Positions 37,884 to 41,139 of a DNA stretch of 41,139 nucleotides are shown here, piece after piece (the stretch's first letter is position 1; each line of letters opens with the position of its first letter). This stretch comes from Pseudomonadota bacterium (lineage in GTDB: Bacteria > Pseudomonadota > Gammaproteobacteria > Burkholderiales > Burkholderiaceae_C): NCBI GenBank assembly GCA_039798985.1, contig JBDKEX010000074.1, positions 1-41,139 of the forward strand. The letters run 5' to 3'. The position numbers were made by a program, and so were the translations under genes. Below the pieces are notes generated by a model that made no database searches, was not told the origin of the DNA, and saw only the letters and a list, made by a program, of their open reading frames with translations.

Positions 37884-38797
37884 CAGTTGGACTCCTCGTT
37901 AAGCCTCACGCGGGCCGCACGCATGAACAAAATGGCCGCAATGAAGATGATGACGGTCAGTGACGTGGCGGCAGCCGAGCCTGAGCCCAGATTTCCGTTG
38001 TCCACCATGTCGCGGCGCACAAAGCCCGACATGCTGATGGTGGCCGCACTGTTGGAGGTTAATACATAAATCAAATCAAATATTCGCAGCGCGTCCAGCA
38101 AACGGAACACCACGGCCACCAGCAGCGGGTAGCGAATCAAGGGCAATGTCACTTTCCAGAACACCCGCAGCGGGTGCACACCGTCCACTCGGGCGGCTTC
38201 GTAACAATCTTTGGGGAGCGTTTGCAACGCAGCCAGAATCAACAGCGCCATGAAGGGCGTGGTTTTCCAAACGTCCACTGCCACCACAGTCCACAGGGCG
38301 TAGTCGGGGTCGGCGGTGAAAGCAATTTTGGCAGAAATCAGTCCCGCGTCCAGCAACAGCTGGTTGATCAGACCAAACTGGTCATGCAGGATCCAGCCCC
38401 ACATTTTGGCCGACACAATGGTCGGAATGGCCCAAGGCACCAGCACCGCGGTGCGCACCATGGTGCGGCCTTTGAATTCTTGGTTCAGCAGCATGGCCAC
38501 GCCCAAGCCAGCCAAGGTTTCCAAAACCACCGAAAACACCGAGAACTGGAAGGTGTTTTTGATGGAAATACCCCAATCGGTCTCCCAAAACTCGGCCGAA
38601 AAAATCGACTGACCGAACAGCCCGTACTCAGAAAAATAGTTGTCCAACCCCACATAGCCGTATTCGGCGATGTTGTTGATGTTGGTGTCGGTGAAGCTGA
38701 ACCAAACAGAGCGGGCCAGTGGCCAACCAGCCACCACTGCCATCAATATCAGCATGGGTGTCAAAAACGTCCATGCGACTCTTGTGCGATTTTTCAT
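37883..38797 (-). CDS. aglF: alpha-glucoside ABC transporter permease (MalF-like)
   Basis: 304 aa with EAA loop CYEAARVDGVHPLRVFWKVTLPLI. The symbol is assigned by synteny. Confidence 0.86.
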   Translation of the reverse strand: MKNRTRVAWTFLTPMLILMAVVAGWPLARSVWFSFTDTNINNIAEYGYVGLDNYFSEYGLFGQSIFSAEFWETDWGISIKNTFQFSVFSVVLETLAGLGVAMLLNQEFKGRTMVRTAVLVPWAIPTIVSAKMWGWILHDQFGLINQLLLDAGLISAKIAFTADPDYALWTVVAVDVWKTTPFMALLILAALQTLPKDCYEAARVDGVHPLRVFWKVTLPLIRYPLLVAVVFRLLDALRIFDLIYVLTSNSAATISMSGFVRRDMVDNGNLGSGSAAATSLTVIIFIAAILFMRAARVRLNEESN

Positions 38798-38831
38798 GAG
38801 AAGGGGTCCCGACGGTTGGGTCCAGGGGAGC

Positions 38832-38896
38832 GGGGCGCTGCCGCCAGTGGGCAGCTACCCCGGAGTTCATCGCGCTGCCTGTGGCAGGAGCGCGAT
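38832..38896 (-). other. two adjacent intercistronic stem-loops between the SBP gene and the first permease gene
   Basis: Hairpin 1 (38869-38896) pairs ATCGCGCT.CCTG with CAGG AGCGCGAT: 12 bp, one bulge, 3-nt loop. Hairpin 2 (38832-38861) pairs GCTGCC/GGCAGC flanked by GGGG/CCCC. No U-tract follows either on the minus strand, so neither is a classical terminator. Confidence 0.4.
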
Positions 38897-38909
38897 GTCA
38901 CTCAGCAAA

Positions 38910-40190
38910 TCACCATTTGGCTTTTTTGACTTGCTTCAGCTTGGCTTCGAGCTTTTTCACAGCATCGGCGCCTTTTTCTTTGCCAGACAACACGTTGTGT
39001 GTAGCGTCCCAGAAGGCTTGCGACACTTCAGGGTACTTCAGGCCGGTTGCGGTGGCTGGGCGAGCAGCAGCGTTGGTGAACACGTCCAGCAGCTCAACCA
39101 TGAACGGGTTGGCTTTGGCCACGTCAGCGTCTTTGTACAGCGACATGATGGTCGGGTTGTACGAACCGCCTACAGCACGCTTCTTCTGGATTTCTTCGCT
39201 GGCCATGTACAGAGCCAAAGATGCGGCTGCATCAATGTTCTTGGAGTACTTGTTCACAGCCAACTGCCAACCGCCCAAAGTGGCGGCCTTCTTGGCGCCA
39301 GGGCCAGTGCCAGCGGGCAATGCAGCCACACCAATCTTGTCTTTGATGGGGCTGTCAGCGGCTTGGCCCAGCGACCAGGCGTAAGGCCAGTTGCGCATGA
39401 AAGCGGCATTGCCGTTTTGCCACACACCGCGGGAATCTTCTTCACCGTAGTTCAACACGCCTTGGGGGGCGATGCTGCCAATCCAGGAAGCGGCGGTGTC
39501 CAAGGCCTTGGCGGCTTGGGCGTTGTTGATGGTGATGTCACCTTTGCTGTCCACAATGGTGCCGCCGCCGAAGCTGTACACCCACTCCAGGGCGTCACAG
39601 GTCAGGCCTTCGTAGGCTTTGGCCTGGAACACAAAGCCTTGGAAGTCTTTGTTGGTGGCGCGCTCGCCGTCTTGGATTTTCTTGGCAGCAGCGGCCAGTT
39701 CTTCCCAAGTCTGGGGCACTTTCAGGCTGTACTTGGCCAGCAAATCCTTGCGGTAGAACATCAGGCCGGCGTCTGTGAACCAGGGCATGCCCAGCAATTT
39801 GCCGTCAACGGTGTTGTTGGCAACAATCGCGGGGAAGTGGCTCTTTTCAACGCCTTTGGAGTATTTCTTCAAGTCCACCAGGTGATCTTTGATCACGCCA
39901 GGCCACACCACGTCAATCATCAGCACGTCGATGTCGCCAGACTTGGCGGCGAACTGTTGGCGCAACAAAGCCAGCTGGTCGGTGGAGCTTGCTGGCGGTG
40001 TGTACATCTTCACGGTGTGACCGTTCTTTTTGCCCCAGTCTTCAGCGAACTTGCCGCAGAACTCAACGTCTGCAGCGTTGTTGCCGCAAGAAATGGTGAC
40101 CGTTGCGGCATTGGCTGCCACAGCGAACAGAGGGGCTGTCACAGCGATGGCCGCTGCCTTGACAAGCGTCGTACGGAACTGAAATTTCAT
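38910..40190 (-). CDS. aglE: periplasmic alpha-glucoside-binding protein of an ABC transporter
   Basis: The start is taken at MKFQFRTTLVKAAAIAVTAPLFAVAANA (signal peptide), 6 nt after GAGG. 426 aa with family-1 SBP composition. The symbol is assigned by synteny. Confidence 0.86.
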   Translation of the reverse strand: MKFQFRTTLVKAAAIAVTAPLFAVAANAATVTISCGNNAADVEFCGKFAEDWGKKNGHTVKMYTPPASSTDQLALLRQQFAAKSGDIDVLMIDVVWPGVIKDHLVDLKKYSKGVEKSHFPAIVANNTVDGKLLGMPWFTDAGLMFYRKDLLAKYSLKVPQTWEELAAAAKKIQDGERATNKDFQGFVFQAKAYEGLTCDALEWVYSFGGGTIVDSKGDITINNAQAAKALDTAASWIGSIAPQGVLNYGEEDSRGVWQNGNAAFMRNWPYAWSLGQAADSPIKDKIGVAALPAGTGPGAKKAATLGGWQLAVNKYSKNIDAAASLALYMASEEIQKKRAVGGSYNPTIMSLYKDADVAKANPFMVELLDVFTNAAARPATATGLKYPEVSQAFWDATHNVLSGKEKGADAVKKLEAKLKQVKKAKW

Positions 40191-40267
40191 GGATTGCCTC
40201 ATGATAGTGATGTGAAGACTCTCGGAGAACCTCATCGTTCACCGACAGCTTCCTCATTTCACCACCA

Positions 40268-40283
40268 ATGCAAACGATTGCAT
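40268..40283. promoter_or_regulatory. 16-bp CG-centred near-palindrome ATGCAAAC|GATTGCAT, a candidate AglR/LacI-family operator
   Basis: 7 of 8 arm pairs are complementary (hand-checked). It matches the common LacI-family TGCAAACGTTTGCA-type consensus and lies 78-93 nt upstream of the aglE ATG, downstream of the LacI gene stop. Confidence 0.5.
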
Positions 40284-40347
40284 CAGGGGGTTTTCCCTAG
40301 GAATCGAGGGATGTACCTGGTTTGAAACCCTGTGAGGCGGGTTTGCG

Positions 40348-41139
40348 TCAGGCGGTTTCCCGTATCACCAGTTCCGTGCTCAACTCGACGGGCGCGGGCG
40401 TGCGGCCTGCCAGCACGTCGAACAGGGCGTTTACCAGGGCTTGGCCGGCTTGCCCCGTGGGTTGGCGTACCGTGGTCAGCGCCGGGTGCACGTGCCGCGC
40501 CAGTGGAATGTCGTCGTAGCCCACCACTTTGACCTGGTCGGGTATGGCCACCCCACGCTCCGACAGCGCTGAAATCACGGTGATGGCCGCCACATCGCTG
40601 GCCGCAAAAACACCGTCGAATCCGGTGTCCAAAGTCAGCCAGTCAGACACAATTTGGCGCAAGCGCGCGTCGCCAAACAACACCGATTGGTGCAGACGCG
40701 GGTCGGGTGTTTGGCCGTATTCTTTCATGGCCCGCAGGTAGCCTTGGTAGCGTTTGAGTGCTTCGGGGTGCACGGTGTCCCCCAGGTAAGCAATGTGCTG
40801 GCAGCCTAGTTCCAACAGGCGTTGGGTGGCCAGGTAGCCGCCGCGTTCGTTGTCGCTGCCAATGATTGGGTAAAGCGCGTCAGGCATTTGAGCGCCCCAA
40901 ACGGCCAAAGGCACGCCCCGCTGGGCCAGGGCGTTGAGTTCTGTGTGCAAGGCCGCTTGCCCAACCACAATCAAACCTTGCGCCTGTCCGCTGTCGTACA
41001 TGTCGGCAATGCTGTTGTAGCGGGCGGACGCCAAGCGCTGCAGCAGCACCCGCACACCGCGTGCGTCCAGAGCGTCTGCCACTTGCCCCACGATGGTGAG
41101 CATGAAGGGGTCAGAAATGGCCTGCGAGCTGTCTCCCAA
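40348..41139 (-). CDS. LacI-family transcriptional regulator (AglR-like), 5' end outside the window
   Basis: This is the 263-aa C-terminal part of a periplasmic-binding-protein-like effector domain (VVGYDDIPLARHVHPALTTVRQP). The HTH is not in the window. Its position upstream of aglE matches S. meliloti aglR. Confidence 0.85.
   Translation of the reverse strand: MGDSSQAISDPFMLTIVGQVADALDARGVRVLLQRLASARYNSIADMYDSGQAQGLIVVGQAALHTELNALAQRGVPLAVWGAQMPDALYPIIGSDNERGGYLATQRLLELGCQHIAYLGDTVHPEALKRYQGYLRAMKEYGQTPDPRLHQSVLFGDARLRQIVSDWLTLDTGFDGVFAASDVAAITVISALSERGVAIPDQVKVVGYDDIPLARHVHPALTTVRQPTGQAGQALVNALFDVLAGRTPAPVELSTELVIRETA

Noticed and set aside
38670-40325. 551-aa plus-strand ORF
   Set aside because: It is antisense to aglE (an SBP with signal peptide and good SD). 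The translation has low-complexity Gly/Val/His/Ala composition and no motifs.

Overview
This is a GC-rich bacterial chromosomal segment. Gene content and protein similarities suggest a Burkholderiales-type betaproteobacterium, which is an inference. About 33 tightly packed genes form a carbohydrate-utilisation supercluster.

(1) 42-2023: an SsuD-like flavin monooxygenase and a divergent GntR/HutC regulator.

(2) 2.0-18.9 kb: a divergent galactoside/Leloir regulon. The minus strand carries lacI-type repressor, GH42 beta-galactosidase, galM, an orphan ABC ATPase, galE, galT and galK. The plus strand carries two ABC permeases, a solute-binding protein, a strong hairpin terminator, a GH4 MelA-like alpha-galactosidase, a GH36 alpha-galactosidase and a second LacI regulator.

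(3) 18.9-24.2 kb (minus): a second sugar ABC system (SBP, two permeases, ATPase) with a small signal-peptide-less GH68/GH32-like (clan GH-J) enzyme embedded. A sigma70-like promoter and a 24-bp CG-centred palindrome lie upstream.

(4) 24.4-26.4 kb: a PAS-PAS-GGDEF-EAL c-di-GMP protein.

(5) 26.5-41.1 kb (minus): an aglR-aglEFGAK-like alpha-glucoside locus, expanded to two tandem aglA paralogs, a third GH13 alpha-glucosidase, an amylosucrase-type GH13 enzyme, a MATE transporter and glucokinase.

I saw no tRNA/rRNA, CRISPR, transposase, integrase, phage or defence genes. I do not see a convincing wholly novel system. The items most worth follow-up are the cytoplasmic single-domain GH-J enzyme, the amylosucrase-MATE-glk tail of the agl operon, the split ABC importer with a shared palindrome, and the tandem aglA duplication.

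The many long ORFs antisense to these genes are GC-content artefacts. All family assignments come from reading the translations and recognising motifs; no database search was run.
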